Assembly: GCA_036172245.1 (NCBI GenBank)
Contig: JAYWIR010000007.1
Coordinates: 3,348,001-3,412,000 of the forward strand
DNA length: 64,000 bases
Source: Raillietiella orientalis
Taxonomy: Eukaryota
Reading direction: 5' to 3'
Shown here in pieces: positions 25,101-38,005 of the stretch. The position numbers and the translations under genes were made by a program. Within the stretch, counting starts at the first letter, position 1, and each line of letters begins with the position of its first letter. Below the pieces are notes generated by a model. It was not told where the DNA came from. It made no database searches and saw only the letters and a list, made by a program, of their open reading frames with translations.

Positions 25101-28100
25101 AGGTGTGGAAGGTGGATGCTGATCACGAGTGCGTCATGTTTTCTTACACATCAGTGGCAAGTCTGACCAATAATAGGTGGCATCCATTATCGAGGGCAAC
25201 TTCACAAGGATGCTACCCGAGGTAATCTAGATAGAGATAATCTACGAGAAACAAACAGTGCATTACTTCTGTTGATCAGCACCGGCGTCTGCCAGGCGCT
25301 GCAGGTTGCCGTGTGGCCAAGGCGTCCGCCGCGAGACACCAAGCTCAGCGGGTTCGAATCTTCGCGAAAAATCGATGCAGAGCTGGGTGGCTTTCGGATC
25401 CCTCTCATGTCGACGCGACGTTGGGCTCAAAGTTTGCTTTGGTAGAACGGGCTTTGACCTGCAGCACGTTGACCACCAGCCGGGAACCGCGAGACTTCCC
25501 TCTCGCCTTCACTCGCACCTTGGTCGCGTAACAGCCTCCCTTCCTCTCTCCCCATCGAGCCGCTTCGACCCTCCTATGGGGTAGGGTAGCTGTTCCCGAG
25601 TACTCAGCAAACCAAAAAGAAAAAGGCTGGAAGGACGTGAGAGGGAGAACAATCAGGATTCCCATCACCCTGCAGCACAACTGTGGACTTTGAATGCACA
25701 GGACACTCGTCCCGAGAGTAAACAATCCTTGTTAAGAGTCCAAGAGCCTGCCGATCTTGTTATGATCAGGAACTGCATGAGGATGTTCAGCAATCGGTGG
25801 CCTCGACTAAGTGTTGCGATTGAGATGGCGACGTACATGGGACGACGACGCTCCTCCCTTCGCTTCGCCGTGACGCTGGTGACGGCGCTGCATCTTCTCC
25901 CCACTCCGTGCGGCAGCAATGAGCATGGGGCGTTCTCTGGTACGCTAAGCGACTGCAGCACTCCCTACCCTGCGTGCCTCTAGCTCGTGCGCCGACAATC
26001 ACTTCCTGACCTTTCTTTCACACAGAAAAGGCAGACGCCTACCAAAGGACCCTTCCAGCATCCGCTGTCTCCTTCTTTCAAGACTTCTTCTTTGTTTTGG
26101 AGTTCTCATCTTCTTCTTTCTTCTGAACTGAGTCCCCATGCACGCGGTAGATCCAGCCCAAAACAGGGCATTTCATCCGGAGATTAACCGCCTCTTTCTG
26201 CTGCGTGGCCTTGGATGCAGTTTCCTCGAGACTGGGTCTCGCTCCGCCTCCGTGCCCAAGGCGTGATCGTTCCCGTGCCTCGGAGCACGCGGTGCTGCCA
26301 CCAAGAGGCGATGTCGCTCCTGAGCAACGAACGACCCGCACGCATCTCGGTGGCATCCTGAACGAGAGCGGGGGGGGGGGGGGCTCCGCGGAAAGGATGA
26401 CGAGATCTCGTCCTGTTGTTAGGAGCGAACACAACGCGACCGTTCGCGCCGTCACCGCAGTTTCCAAGGACTCTCTGCTTCTGGCTCCTCGTCGGTTCGT
26501 CTAGCGGAAAGAAGCAAAAAAGCGAAAGAAAAAAAGAGGGGAAGAAAAGCCTGAATGAACGCCGCAACTCGCGTGAGACCCACAAGGGTCGGCCTCGGTA
26601 AGGACCGCTATGGGATCCGGGCGCCTGCTTTGAATCGTTGGTTGACCCGGTTGCAGCGGCGGGTTCGTTTCGCTCGGAATGTCCCGTGGGGCTGCTTGGA
26701 GGAAGGGCGGCGTGCGCGCGTCCACTACGCAGCACCAAAGGTCTTCCGTTTGTTCTTTCAAGGCCAAGTTCGTCAACAGGTTGCTGGACCTGACCCCGAT
26801 TCAAGGAACGCTCGTGTCCCTCAACCTCACTTTCAATAACTTCGAGGTAGGCAAGAGGGAGCAGGGAAGCTCCCAAGCATGTCCGTTCCAAGATCCTCCC
26901 CGAAGAATTGAGGACCTTGAAGAACCTGCAAGAGCTGTACCTGCGCAGCAACCCCCTCAGAGCCATACCGATATGGATAAGCTGTCTGGAAAACCTGCGC
27001 GTGTTCTCTGCCCCCTTCTGCATGATCCAGTGCCTTCCTCCGACTCTGTACTACCTGAAGATGCTGGAAGTGATCAACCTCGCCTACAACGAACTCGAGT
27101 TCATCTCTTACAACGTGAAGAACTTCTGGTAAGCCTTGGGTCCTTCCCGCGCAGATGGGTTGAGGGCAGGCGGGCGACCGCCTGGGTGTTCCGTCCGTGC
27201 ACTCTTGCGCGCTTCGCCATCTTCGCCTTCTTCCTCCTATCCACGTTTAGCTACGTTCCTTGAGCGTGATGATGCTGTGAGGTGGCTTCCCCGAAGCCTC
27301 CCTCTCGCATCTGTATTGTCTGACACGAACCTGGCGAGGCTTTTCCTCTTCACCTTGGGGATGTTCCAATCTGGGATTCACCACCTGGCCGGCTGGCCGT
27401 ACGGGTGGGCATCCGGTCTCCCCGAGCACCCTTCCTTCGCATGCGGACAAGGGAACGTGGGGTTCCCCTTCGTCTCCTGGCCCCTACTGTACACGTCAGG
27501 CGTGTTCCTGTAGGGACGCGAGATGCCTGGAATGGTCCGCGTAAAACAGTCTGGACGGATACGAGGGTCCACTTCAAGGATGATCTCACGCGGAGCTACT
27601 TGCCAGGGGCGGCGAGGGCGTGTGTCTGCGTCACGTGAACGCCCCTCTCCTCCCGGACACAGGAGAAAAGGGTCAGGAGGACAAGGGACGCAGCTTCATT
27701 CGGTAGTCCCTGGAAACAGGACAGTGAGCGCAGGGGTCCGCAGTTTGCACCAAACCATCCCAACCAGCTGTTGTTTTCACTGAACCGCCGAGCGACCTCT
27801 GAGTGGCCGAACTGGGCTTCGCCCGTGGGGAGCGTTCGGCCCCTAATGAGAACTGAGAACCGGTCATTTGAGCCGTCATTCGAAAGATTCGGGATTGCAT
27901 GAAGTGCTAAAGATATGAGGAAGCCCCTCCCTCTCCCCCAGCTTCTCTACACCGTTCTGGATTCTTGGCTGGCTTGTAACTCGGTCACGCCAGGACTTTT
28001 ATAACTGGAATTACATAAGCATACATACGCCTTATAAGTTCGATCATTGCACGCGGTACCGATCAAAATCTCGAATGTAGAAATCTCGAAAGATTGTGAA

Positions 28101-31100
28101 AAATAAATATATGACATGCTTATTATATATTTTAATACCTATATCTGTATACGGATCAGTTTACAAATTTGTTTTAACATGCATATTTATTAATATCTAT
28201 TAGCATACATATTATGAATATATAAATATTAAATATCATAAAAATAAATGTGTATGTTGATTATATATAAAAATAATAAATGTGATAAATATATATATTA
28301 AATGTACATCCGAGCGTCCAATTATAAAAAATAAAAAATAATGACAGCGCTCGAAAATGGGGTCAGGAGAAATACAAATTTAAAAAGCAAAAAATCAATG
28401 AAGAGAAAAGGAAAATTCGACACATGAAAAAGTGTTGGGCGTCACACCCGGGAGGTCCTCCAGAATAAGCGGGGACATGGACCATCGGAAGACGGACTTG
28501 GTTCAGATGAGGAGCGGCTTGGAAGTTTCGAGGAGAGGAGCCGACAGAGGAAACGGGCGAGATGACTCTTGATGTCAGCAAGAGGAGAAAAGCTTCCTCC
28601 TTTGCGAGAAAGCGCGGCAGTTCCCGGTGAAGAAGCGTCTGGAGCGAGGGGAAGGCCATGCTCCGCATCGGACCGCGCAGCTCTTCGAGATGGTTTCTTA
28701 CAAACGCGGACCACCTGGGATTTGCGGGTTCACCCACGCGGCAAGGTCGAATCTGCTGCTGCCCACAAGAGGAGCTGCCAGAAGGAGGGAATATCAGATG
28801 GCTCGTCGTGTCGTCGCTGTGGCCTGCGGGACGAGACGCCTCTTCACGTGACAGATGGCTGCATGGGTCAGCGTCGTCTGCACACGGCCCGGCCACGACG
28901 CCACCTCGGACGAGATCAAAACAGCAGCCGTTGAAACAGCGAGATGGAAACTGCCGCCCGCGACTCAACTCTTCGTCCGTGATCACCGAGGGTCAACAGG
29001 ATGGAGGCGCTGGACGTAGCTTTCCCCCTTGAGGATGGTGAAGAAGCCTCCAGCATCTCCAGGAGCGAGAAAGTATCCGAATACCAAGATGTTGCCAGCC
29101 AGCAGTCCAAGAAAGGAGTCGCTGCGAAGGTGCAGGTCACCATCATTGGGCCTTTGGGAGCATGGGACTCAGCGGTGAATCAGTCCTCCGTGAACTGGGT
29201 GTCCCGCGGAGGTAGGAGGATGAAGCGAGGTTGCTCATGCATTCCCTACACTCGCGGCATCTCTCGGATGGTCACATCGGCTTGGATGATGACCGGGTGA
29301 TAGCTCGATAAAGTGCGAATACTAGCTGTTGCGGCATCCGGGAGTTTTTTGTCTTCCCAGGTTTTTCCGCTGTGGAGCAGAACACGTCCCACCTTGCCGC
29401 TTGGCCTCTGTCGTAACGCGTACGCTGGAGCAGAGCTTCGCCGTTGGCTCGCGAAAGGCAGGTCTGCCATGGGCGTTTAAGAGTGGTGCTTCATAGAGAG
29501 GTGAGCACTTTGCCGGAAGTGTTCACTGCCGGGATTCTAATTTGCACAGTGCTTCATCCACGCTGCCTCTGCGACGTCATGGGAAGAGGCGCAAGATCGA
29601 ATGCAAGCAGCAGTCCCTCCTTTTCTCCTCCGTCGTTTGCTCATTGAAGTGCGTTGCTTCTCCCCCAGAGAAGGGCAAATCTTTTCTGGAGAAGAAGCAC
29701 CGGACTCCAATGAACGCACTAATGGCGGGGTTCCTAGGAACTTTGAACGATGGCGTGCTCCAAGAATTCGGAACGTCCATCGCTCAGACAGAAAACATGA
29801 AAAGGAGGATGATAGTGTGCACATATTCGGGTGCATGTGCTGGGGTCGCGTTCTGGGTCACCTCCCAGGATGATCCACTATCAGGAAACTCCTGATCAGA
29901 TGACCAAAGGGAAGGAACCGTTGAGAATTCCCTGTGCTAAACACCCGTTTCATGTTTACTAAATATGAATGAAATCTCCACGATAGAGTGTTGCAGCAAG
30001 AATTGAAACGACTTTCAGATGACGCCTGGTGGTGAAACTCTCACGACTGGGTGACCACGGTGACCTACCTCACTTTGGCAGCACCCATCGAACTGTCTGC
30101 TTCCCCTTGTTCGACGCCCTGTCAATAGAATGGTGGACGCAGGAAAGATCGAAGTGGAAGGAAGTTTCGAAGAGTAGGAAGACGCAAGGAGGAAACTTCT
30201 ACTCGTGCGCTGCTACGCGTAGGAGAGGCAAGGACAAAATCAGTGGAACGGGATGCACTAGGAGCAGTAGAGGAAAACCGATGCTTGGAAGCCGCGTAAT
30301 ATAGAACTACAAACCGAGCTTGAAAACTGCGGTTCGTCCAGGAGAGACAGCAAGAGACTCTGCCTGAGCAGAATACAAAAAGACGAGACCCGTGGCAGTT
30401 CCATTGAAGACAAGAGATTGGAAGTAGGAAAAAAATGAAAATATAGTAGATTCCATCAACAGAGAGAACTAAAGATCTTGAGAAACACTGGGAAGACTCT
30501 GCAAATTCTGATAATCATCCCAATTTCGGTCGGAAATCTTTGGGTCCTTGCCAATCCTCGAAGAAGGTTGATACCGTACCAATGATGTCTCCAGAAAGAG
30601 GAATGGCTAGGTTTAGGAAACCTGGAGACATTGGATGGTCTTAATACAGAAGTAAAAATTGCAGTCTAGCTCCTCCGTTAATCTGCAACTGTTGAAGTGG
30701 ATGGAGTAGTCCAACTAAGAGTCAGGGAAGAGAGTGCTAAAAAAGCGAGATCTTGGAACCAACAGTCTTCTTAGGACGAGATGCAGACGAAGACAAAAAC
30801 CAGGTCTTTCTAGAGTTCCAAAGGCAGCTCAGAAGTGCAGGTCAGAGGTCGTCTCAAAGGAGCTGATGTGTGTGGCACGCGGGTCAGTTCCTTTGACCTC
30901 AGGTTCTTAGCAGCCGCCTGAGCCTCCCAGGGTCTCCGTGTTGCTCCTGCGAAAGTTCCAAGAGCGATTTCCGATGAGTCAATTTTTTTGTTCCGTATCT
31001 TCGGTCTTTGTTTTCTCATTCAGAGGGGAATCCGGAACGGAGAACTGGAGGATTTCTGCATTCTGGGTCAGGAAGTTAATGGAAACGCAAACCTTGGCGG

Positions 31101-32337
31101 AGGAACTTGGGAAATGGGCACAACTCTTGCTGCGCGCAAGACGAATGTGAGCACGGGAGGAAAGCGTTCTGCAATGAAGCGTTCTGCAATGAAGCTGATG
31201 ACCATCAAGCCTCAGGGACCCGAAATTTCTCTTCTGGGCCGGTATCTGCTGTTTCCCTGCTCTCATTGCCTCCAGAGTTTGAAGGCAGATTTACCTTGCT
31301 CGTTCCCTGAAAGTCAAAGTTTTACGCAGACCCCGAAGGTTCAGCGACAAGAAGAATCAGTCCCATCGTCTCGCGTCACCGGCTTGTGAATTTGCCAGTT
31401 GCGACCTTCGGTCTCAGTTTCCTCTCAAGCAGCCGCACCTTTTCTCTCTCACCTCCCGCCTCGAGCCCGAGATCTTTGGCTCAGCAGCACCGCTCGAAAC
31501 CCGCTTGCTCTATCTTTCGCGCGGATGCTCGTCATCCTCGACGGCTCAATTTTCCCGCCCTCTGCAGGAACTCCGAGTCCTGAGGCTTCTGGAATTTTTC
31601 TTTGTTTGTTTTCCTTTCCCGCAAGGGAACTCGCTTCGACCGGAGTTTCTTTCTAGACCCGGAAGGAGTTCCTGTGCATGCGTCAGGCCATCCGGAAATG
31701 TCCCTGAAATTGGCACGCAAGGCTCCATCTCTCCCTCTCTCCCTCCGTTCACCTTCGAAGGTCGCTCGTTGCTTCCGGCACCCGAGCACAATCCTCACCT
31801 GAAAGCTCGCCCAGACTTCCCGTCGCGAAAACCTATGCTGGGAACTCACTGGCTCCCTGCCTGGAGGAGGAAACGCACTGCGCGCGCCATGCGCTCCGAT
31901 CCACCGTGGCAGGTCCCCATGGCTTTTGCCGCTTCAGGAAACTTCGGGTCCTACGCTTGGAAGGCAACCGGCTGACCTCTCTTCCGGCCGAGATCCTGAA
32001 GTTGCGAGAGCTGAAGGTGCTGCAAGCGCAAGACAACTACTTTGAGAGCCACCTGAGGACGCACGCGGATGACAACCCCTGGCCACTGGTCGACAGCTGC
32101 CTGAAGTTGCTGAGGGAGCATCTTCCCGAGGTGTACCGCGATCTTCCGGACGCGGTGCTGTGCAGGATGCAGAAATGCCTGAGCTGTGACCAAGCTCGGT
32201 ACGGGGAAGGCGTCCCGGTCACCAGAATCGTGCAAGGCGTCCTGGGGCAGCGCAAGCTCCCGCTGAGGTTCGGCACCTGCTCCAGGGAGTGCGCCTTGGA
32301 GTTGGCGGCAAGGTCGCAGTTGAAGCTGTTGGTGTGA
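19179..32337 (+). CDS. LRRC63: Leucine-rich repeat protein, LRRC63-like (5 coding exons, ~443 aa; 5' end uncertain)
   Basis: Exons 19179-19564, 19621-19846, 26763-26846, 26893-27128 and 31938-32337 have GT-AG boundaries and consistent phases (2,0,0,2). The spliced protein has YLSLWAKFVNRLLDLTPIQGTLVSLNLTFNNF, several LxxLxLxxN repeats and a C-terminal C.SC...RYGEG...LPLRFGTCSREC module, which from memory matches LRRC63 architecture. Third codon positions are GC-rich. A possible acceptor at 19160 suggests further upstream exons. Confidence 0.75.
23000..24010 (+). mobile_element. Possible decayed pogo/Tigger-like DDE transposase
   Basis: KDGRHQD, NGIQL and LRLD occur in the order of LDGH.SH, NGI.L and LQPLD, followed by a Cys-rich CEICG...EWTC...C tail. 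Very degenerate. Confidence 0.2.
28550..29300 (+). mobile_element. Decayed RLE-type non-LTR retrotransposon 3' part (NeSL/Utopia-like) inside an LRRC63 intron
   Basis: FTHAARSNLLLP, CRRCGLRDETPLHVTDGC (CCHC knuckle), ALDVAFPLEDG and IIGPLGAWD. Homologous to the fragment at 56300-57090. Confidence 0.75.
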
Positions 32338-33249
32338 AGGAGGCTTCGACAGCTCCAAACTCTCAAGGCACGGTCGCAGAGCAGGCGGGAAACGGGCTAT
32401 GAGTGAAGGCCCTACGGCATTCGTCGAATTCCGAGAAACACTTCGCGTGCAGCAGCCAAGAAATCCACCGTCTGAAAAGTACTCCGAGATGGCTGTGGGT
32501 TTGAGTGTGCCCACGATGAGAAAGGGGGGGAGGTAAGGTCAGTGCAAAGAGGCCCCTACGCTGCTCCGGAAACGACTCGCGGGAAGTCACTTGCGCGGGC
32601 TCATCGTTCTGCTCGCACTCTGGGCTCCGTCTTCGTGCCTTGCCTTGGAAGGGATATCTCGGTGTTCCCAGACAAAGACGCAGGTTTTCCGCAGGCTCCA
32701 GGGTGCGGCAATTCTGTATCTTCCTTCCCGGTGTTCTAGGCGCACAGATGGGGGAAGATTTGAAGAAGATACGAGCTCAGTGATGCCAAACTCCACCCCT
32801 TTTTACTTTTATCCATTCGTCTCATGACACGGATCCGTTGCCACTTCGCAAGTGAACGTGCGCAGCACTCCATCCCAACACGCACGCCTCGCACGTGTCA
32901 GTTTGGAGGTGGTCCACGCAAGGAGCCGAGTTCTTCCGCTGCACCTTGGGTATCAGTGGTTTGGAGGACGTCGCGCCGCGCAGCTTTCCCCAGCGCGTCC
33001 CTCCTCTCCCGAGCGAAAGGCTACCCCGTTCCTCTTTTGACCTGGTCAAGAAGGAGCGTATGGTCCGTCGGCTTGGAGGAGGAGCAACGTGACCTGACTC
33101 CCTTTCATGACAGCGAACTGTTGTTTTCAGAGAAGACTGTGGCGTGGAACATCTTTGCCGCTTCCCTTTTCCTTCCCTTTTTTTGTGTGTGTACATCCTG
33201 GAGACCGTTGGGTGTGCCGTCAGGTCCTCCAACCTGATGCGGCAAGCTC

Positions 33250-34400
33250 TGTGGGGAACCGTCAGATTGAAGGGGCTACCAAAGACTTGGTCCCACTCCC
33301 TCCGTCCGGTCAAGACAGAAGAACTGAACTTCGCCGAACGGTTGCAGATGTGAGCGTTGTCCAGGCGAGGCTGTGGAACGCTTATCGGTGTCCCTTCGTT
33401 GAGCATCTTCCTGAAGAACGAGGGAAGCTGCGAAGGATTCGAATTCGTCCTCTCATGCAACCGCTGCCGGGGACGAGGTCTGGGTCACCCATTCAGCCCG
33501 ATCGCATTACTGATGGAGGAACACGAGTGGCCATCCTGCCGCCCACTCAATAGGAATGCTCGGCGGCAGGAACTACTGGGAACGTGGATGAGGGTGGAAA
33601 GTTAAACCCTTCCGAACAGCAGCGCCATCAGTCCTTGGGGAAAACTCTCCCTTTCAGGAGTACTGGACAAGTTTAATCTGCTCCCCAGATCTCAGCGTGT
33701 GACTGCTGAGGACACCGTACGCCCTTCCCTTCATCGTTGAGAGCGAGAGGAAGAAAACGCTCCTGCAGCGTAAGAGGTGACCTTCCATATCTCCAGGGTC
33801 ACAGTCTCGTTGCCCAGTGGAAAAACTCTCTTCAGGGGAACGAAATCACTCCTGAATTTTCAGTTTGGGGGTCTCCAAAGGTGGATGGAATCCCTGCAGA
33901 TTCCCTGGAGAGCTTCGAGATCGCGTGCTTCCTGATCGACGCTTCCGTTCTTTCTCTCTGGTACCAGCTGACGGTCATCTTGAGGGTGCACTTGAGGAGG
34001 TCACCATGTCTCATCGGAGAGTGCCTAAGGGGTGCTTTCCACTGAGGAACAGTGGATATACCCACACAAGTACTGCTGTGATGAGGAAGGCTAAGGCTTC
34101 AAGGCTGGGAGTGCATTCCTGAGGCACTTCGGTTTCACAATGCCGCCCCAGAAGACCTTTTTAGGGAGGCGTACACGTCTCCAGACGTGTTGGTCGCCAT
34201 GTCGCTGACTCTCATCTGTCACGCACTCGCAACGGTGGCTGCCGAAACGGAGGGAGGAAGGATGGGGCCGACATCCCGGTCAGCCACTTGCAGTCGCCAT
34301 CTCCTGCATGTCGGAGGGCGATGAAGTGGCCCAATCCGGGAAGCGAGGTACGAGGAAACCATCGAACGCTTCTGGGCAGACTGACCCCAAACCGGTGAGG
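33250..34400 (-). mobile_element. Decayed non-LTR reverse transcriptase fragment
   Basis: Frameshifted motifs in RT order on the minus strand: SLPGLG (SPG.DG-like), KAYGVL (KAFD-like), RQ-GWPL (QGCPL-like) and RLDNAHI (YADD-like). Confidence 0.3.
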
Positions 34401-34919
34401 CCATCCCCTTTCCTTTCCCGACGTAGGAATTAAAATGGGGATCAAATGGAATCCCATGAGACGGATCCATCGTGGCTACATTTCCTACTTATTTATTCAT
34501 TCTCTTCCCTCATCTCCCCTTACTCCTTCCTTGTCTGTTCCCTGAGAGCGCCGTCCCTTCGGGTTCGGCAAACTCATGTCGGCCCTTCTCCGTCTGTGAC
34601 TGTGTGATTTAAATTATTTATTCATTTTAAATAAATAGTCTGGGTATCCGGAATGAGAAGATCACGCTGGTGCGTTCCCTATTGATAGGAACAAAAGCCC
34701 TCAGTGAAGGTCCACCGATACGCAGGTCGCTCATAGAGGAAGTCCGGAACCGGACGGAAGGACAGCAAATGGATAAAAAAAAAAAAGAGGAGGAGCAGGG
34801 GTCTCGGGTTTTGAATGTTTTCTCCTTCTAGAACCGGCGCAGGATGTAGGCGATTTTCCCGGCGGCTTCTCCGTCCAGATGAGGTCACCTCATACCTCAT
34901 TCCTCGCTGAAGTTCTCAT

Positions 34920-35480
34920 GGAGAAGAATGCCGGATTTGTTTGTTTTTTGGTTCTCCAAGTGCCGAAAAACCAGTTGCCACCGTTGAGGGTTGGGAGCTT
35001 TTTAATGCTGTCCACGCCACCCAAGGGTGCGTGCAACTCCAAGATAGGGTGCAACCCCGGAGGAATCACCTTTTGAATCCGAAAAGGCTCTGGAGGAAAG
35101 AATCCGTTCCTCCTACCCTTGGTAGGGGAATCCCGAAGGGAGCCTTTTCCTTACTCTCTCCGGAGGGACATCCAAAGGGTCACTTCTCATTTCTCCTCCG
35201 GAGGGACCTCAGGAAAGGATCCTCTCCTTGTTCCCTCCTCTGAGAGAACCCAGAAGGGACGCTCCTTAATTTCTCTGAAGGGCGCTCCCGAAGGGAAAAG
35301 CTCACTTCCTACACTTTGAAGAAGCAACCCCCCAAGGGGGTATCAACCAGCCCCATGTCACGCGATGGTCGACTCCATTTCCACAATCGGAGGGAAATCC
35401 CGAAGGGAACCCACTCCTTGATTCCTGGACAGTCCCCGGAGGGTCAACTTCCAATTTCGGCCAGTCAGTGGGGGTATCCG
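34920..35480 (-). repeat. Most complete copy of the 3'-UTR-like repeat (about five degenerate ~38-bp units plus tail)
   Basis: Minus strand CACTGACTGGCCGAAATTGGAAGT...CCCTTCAGAGAAATTAAGGAGCGTCCCTTC...GCACGCACCCTTGGGTGGCGTGGACAGC. Confidence 0.75.
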
Positions 35481-35484
35481 GTTT

Positions 35485-35870
35485 TCACCAATGCCTGAAA
35501 ACGCTTTGCCGTGACCCTCGGAACCCTTGGGGACAACGCCGGAGACGTTCTGAAGCGCCTCTTCCTTCGCGATGCCCTCACCCCGGCAGGCGGCATCCAC
35601 AGCAGCACTTTGCTGCCTACAAGGTGGGATAGTGGCTACATGGAGCTAAGCCAGAGGAGGATAGAACGACATGGACGCTATGTATTTTGTGGTCCTTTTC
35701 CTGAGGACAGCAGCAAGATGGCCCCATCTGGGAACAGCAAAACCAAAACTTGTCGGTATCCTTACAAGGATACAAAAGAGACCTTCCAGCACGCAGCGAT
35801 CCCTTCCCGAACCCACCACCTTTTTTTGTTTTGGATTTTTTCTTTTATTTCATTTTTTGTTTGTATCCCC
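35485..35870 (+). mobile_element. Decayed Tx1/L1-like ORF2 3' end
   Basis: GDVLKRLFLRDALTPAGG and FLRTAARWPHLGTAKPKLVGILTRI, then GATCCCTTCCCGAACCC and a T-rich tract, as in the other copies. Confidence 0.75.
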
Positions 35871-35899
35871 TTCACCTGTGCGATGCCGAGGGCGTGGAT

Positions 35900-36600
35900 G
35901 CTGTTTTGCTCCTCAAACTCACGCAGTAGAAGAAGCACGAGATCGGTTGCCACGCCAGTCATCTGCGACGAGGAGCGTCGAAGGATCTTCTACATCTAAG
36001 CGTGGGGTAGGGATATTCATGCGTGACGGGTTCATCGCATCAGAATAGACGTGCAACGTCTCAGACATCCATCTCGTGGCTCACCTACGGATAAGTCGTC
36101 CTTGAACTGCGGATGGGTTTGGCTCTTGGGGTGATTCTGTGGAAAAGAGTGACACCGCGCACTCCTGCATCAATTCATCATCACACCGTCCGGCCGCTGT
36201 TGCTGCTGTTTCGAAGCAATAACGAAGGAAAAGAGAACAGAATGATGAACAAGTGCGTTTATTTCCAAATCCCTCTCCGTGGAAACGCCCAACGGCAAAC
36301 TTAACGAGCACTTCGTGGTGATCGTGGCAGCAGAGACCAGGCAGCCTACGGGATGCCTTCAGGAGACCGGGAGACGCTTACCACGGGATCGGAAGTGAAG
36401 AAAAGCTCTCCAGACTGCAACCAAACGGGCAGGTGCGCGTTGTTGTCCTGACTTCGGAGAGGAGGCAGAAGGATCTCCTCGAAACGAGCCAGGATGAGCG
36501 ATCCTCTCGCAACATGATGAACTCCGACAGACTTCATCTCTTGCTTTCGTGTCAGGATACCAGAATCCCACGGGGACCCAGACACAGGACTTTGGGGCTG
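35900..36600 (-). mobile_element. Possible decayed Jockey/CR1/I-like RT fragment
   Basis: RFEEILLPPL (LFEKIL..RL-like), AGV and STLLVADD (LFADD-like), in order on the minus strand. Confidence 0.3.
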
Positions 36601-37920
36601 CACGAGGTTTCCCAGGTCTTCATATCAGGTTTCACTTGGACCTCCCCTCACGTCTCTCATGAGCGTCCTTCATGGAGTACAGGAAAGTCCTTGCATCGTG
36701 TGCAATTAAATTTCTCCTTTGCGAACATCTTTTCTTTTTTTTTTCTTCCTTTTCGCAAGCATCATAAGAGCAGAACTTATTGGGACTCTGAAGGAAGCAG
36801 CAAACTCAACACCACTCCACGATCTCTTGTTCGTTGTAGCAGGTGGTTAGCAGGGTATCCAGTCGGTGGCATGAGAATTTTTTCCCCATAATAAACAAGG
36901 GTTGCGCAATCTTAGCCCAATACCACCGCCTGCTCAAGCCACCAATCCGTGCTGGGCGCTCGGTACGAATTTCCCGACAAGCGAAGACCGCCAGGGTTAG
37001 CCTCGAAGCGCTGGGTCGCACAGCCACATAGCCAACGTCTCCCCAAGCATGGAGACCGCCATATCGGACTCATCCTAGTGGAAACACCACAGAAACTATC
37101 AGCTTGCGGTCTCTGCGGTCTGCCCTTCCCCATTCCCGGATTCGGATGTCTTGACGTGGTTCTACCACAGCTCTCTCTGAGACCCTCGCCCAGCGGTCTC
37201 GTTGGCCACCTTAGGAACGGATTCCGGGAAGTGTCTGCTGCCGATACTCACAACTCCCCTGTCCTGGTCCTGTGGTGGGCTCCACAGACAGAGGAGGCGT
37301 CGTATCGACGTTTCCAGGGTTCCTTGAGAGGGTTAAAACCATCTTCTGCGTTTCGGTAGCTGACTAAGCTCAGCCACGCTCCACAATAACTGTTTTGGTA
37401 CCACAGTCATGACAGGAGCCCTGACACGTCCCCTAACAGGAGCTTGGAAGGATGTGGTCACGGTCTGCAGTCGGATGTCTTTCCGAGATCCCTGATTTAA
37501 GTCAGCTTGCGCTGCTGAGCTGCCGTCTCGCCAGTTTGCAAAGAGTGCTGTTCAGGTGTGGCGGGGACCGACCCGGACTGAGAGGGATCACTCAGGATAC
37601 TCTCGTGATCCCTTTCGGTCTCTTACGGGACCTTCTGGACGTCGTCTTCATCGCCGTTTTGGAAGCGCCCGCAATCTCGAGGTACGGACGAGGGGGTCAG
37701 GAAAATGTGGAATCTCGAGGTTCCTTGCTCTGGAAGCAACCCTAACCTGAAGCGCGACGCGGTCACTGCAAAGCCTGCCGCGTCCGCGCTCTCTCTCAGG
37801 AGCACTCCGCAACACGGAGGCCCAATCTACAGGAACCCACCTACCGTCCTCTCTCATCTTAATGTGCTGCTCCAGTGCAGAAAGAGAAAGGCTGACTTTC
37901 CGTGCAGTTACCCTTCGGAA

Positions 37921-37923
<3 letters not shown>

Positions 37924-37966
<43 letters not shown>
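37924..37966. repeat. (GT)n microsatellite, about 21 units
   Basis: Perfect GT run, about 40 nt past the stop codon of paralogue A. Confidence 0.98.
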
Positions 37967-37967
<1 letters not shown>

Positions 37968-38005
37968 AACACGCAATCCTGACTCCGGGGAAAAATTCCG
38001 GGTTT

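Noticed and set aside
28080..28345. Extremely AT-rich patch, possibly an organellar insertion or control region
   Set aside because: No recognisable mitochondrial gene or tRNA; most likely low-complexity transposon interior.
29900..30620. Gypsy integrase C-terminal remnant
   Set aside because: Only faint motif echoes (QERQ, KSLGP), too weak to call without a search.
32591..32827. Signal-peptide-like ORF as a possible fourth cluster member
   Set aside because: Starts at TTG with no in-frame ATG, is on the opposite strand, and has none of the family motifs.
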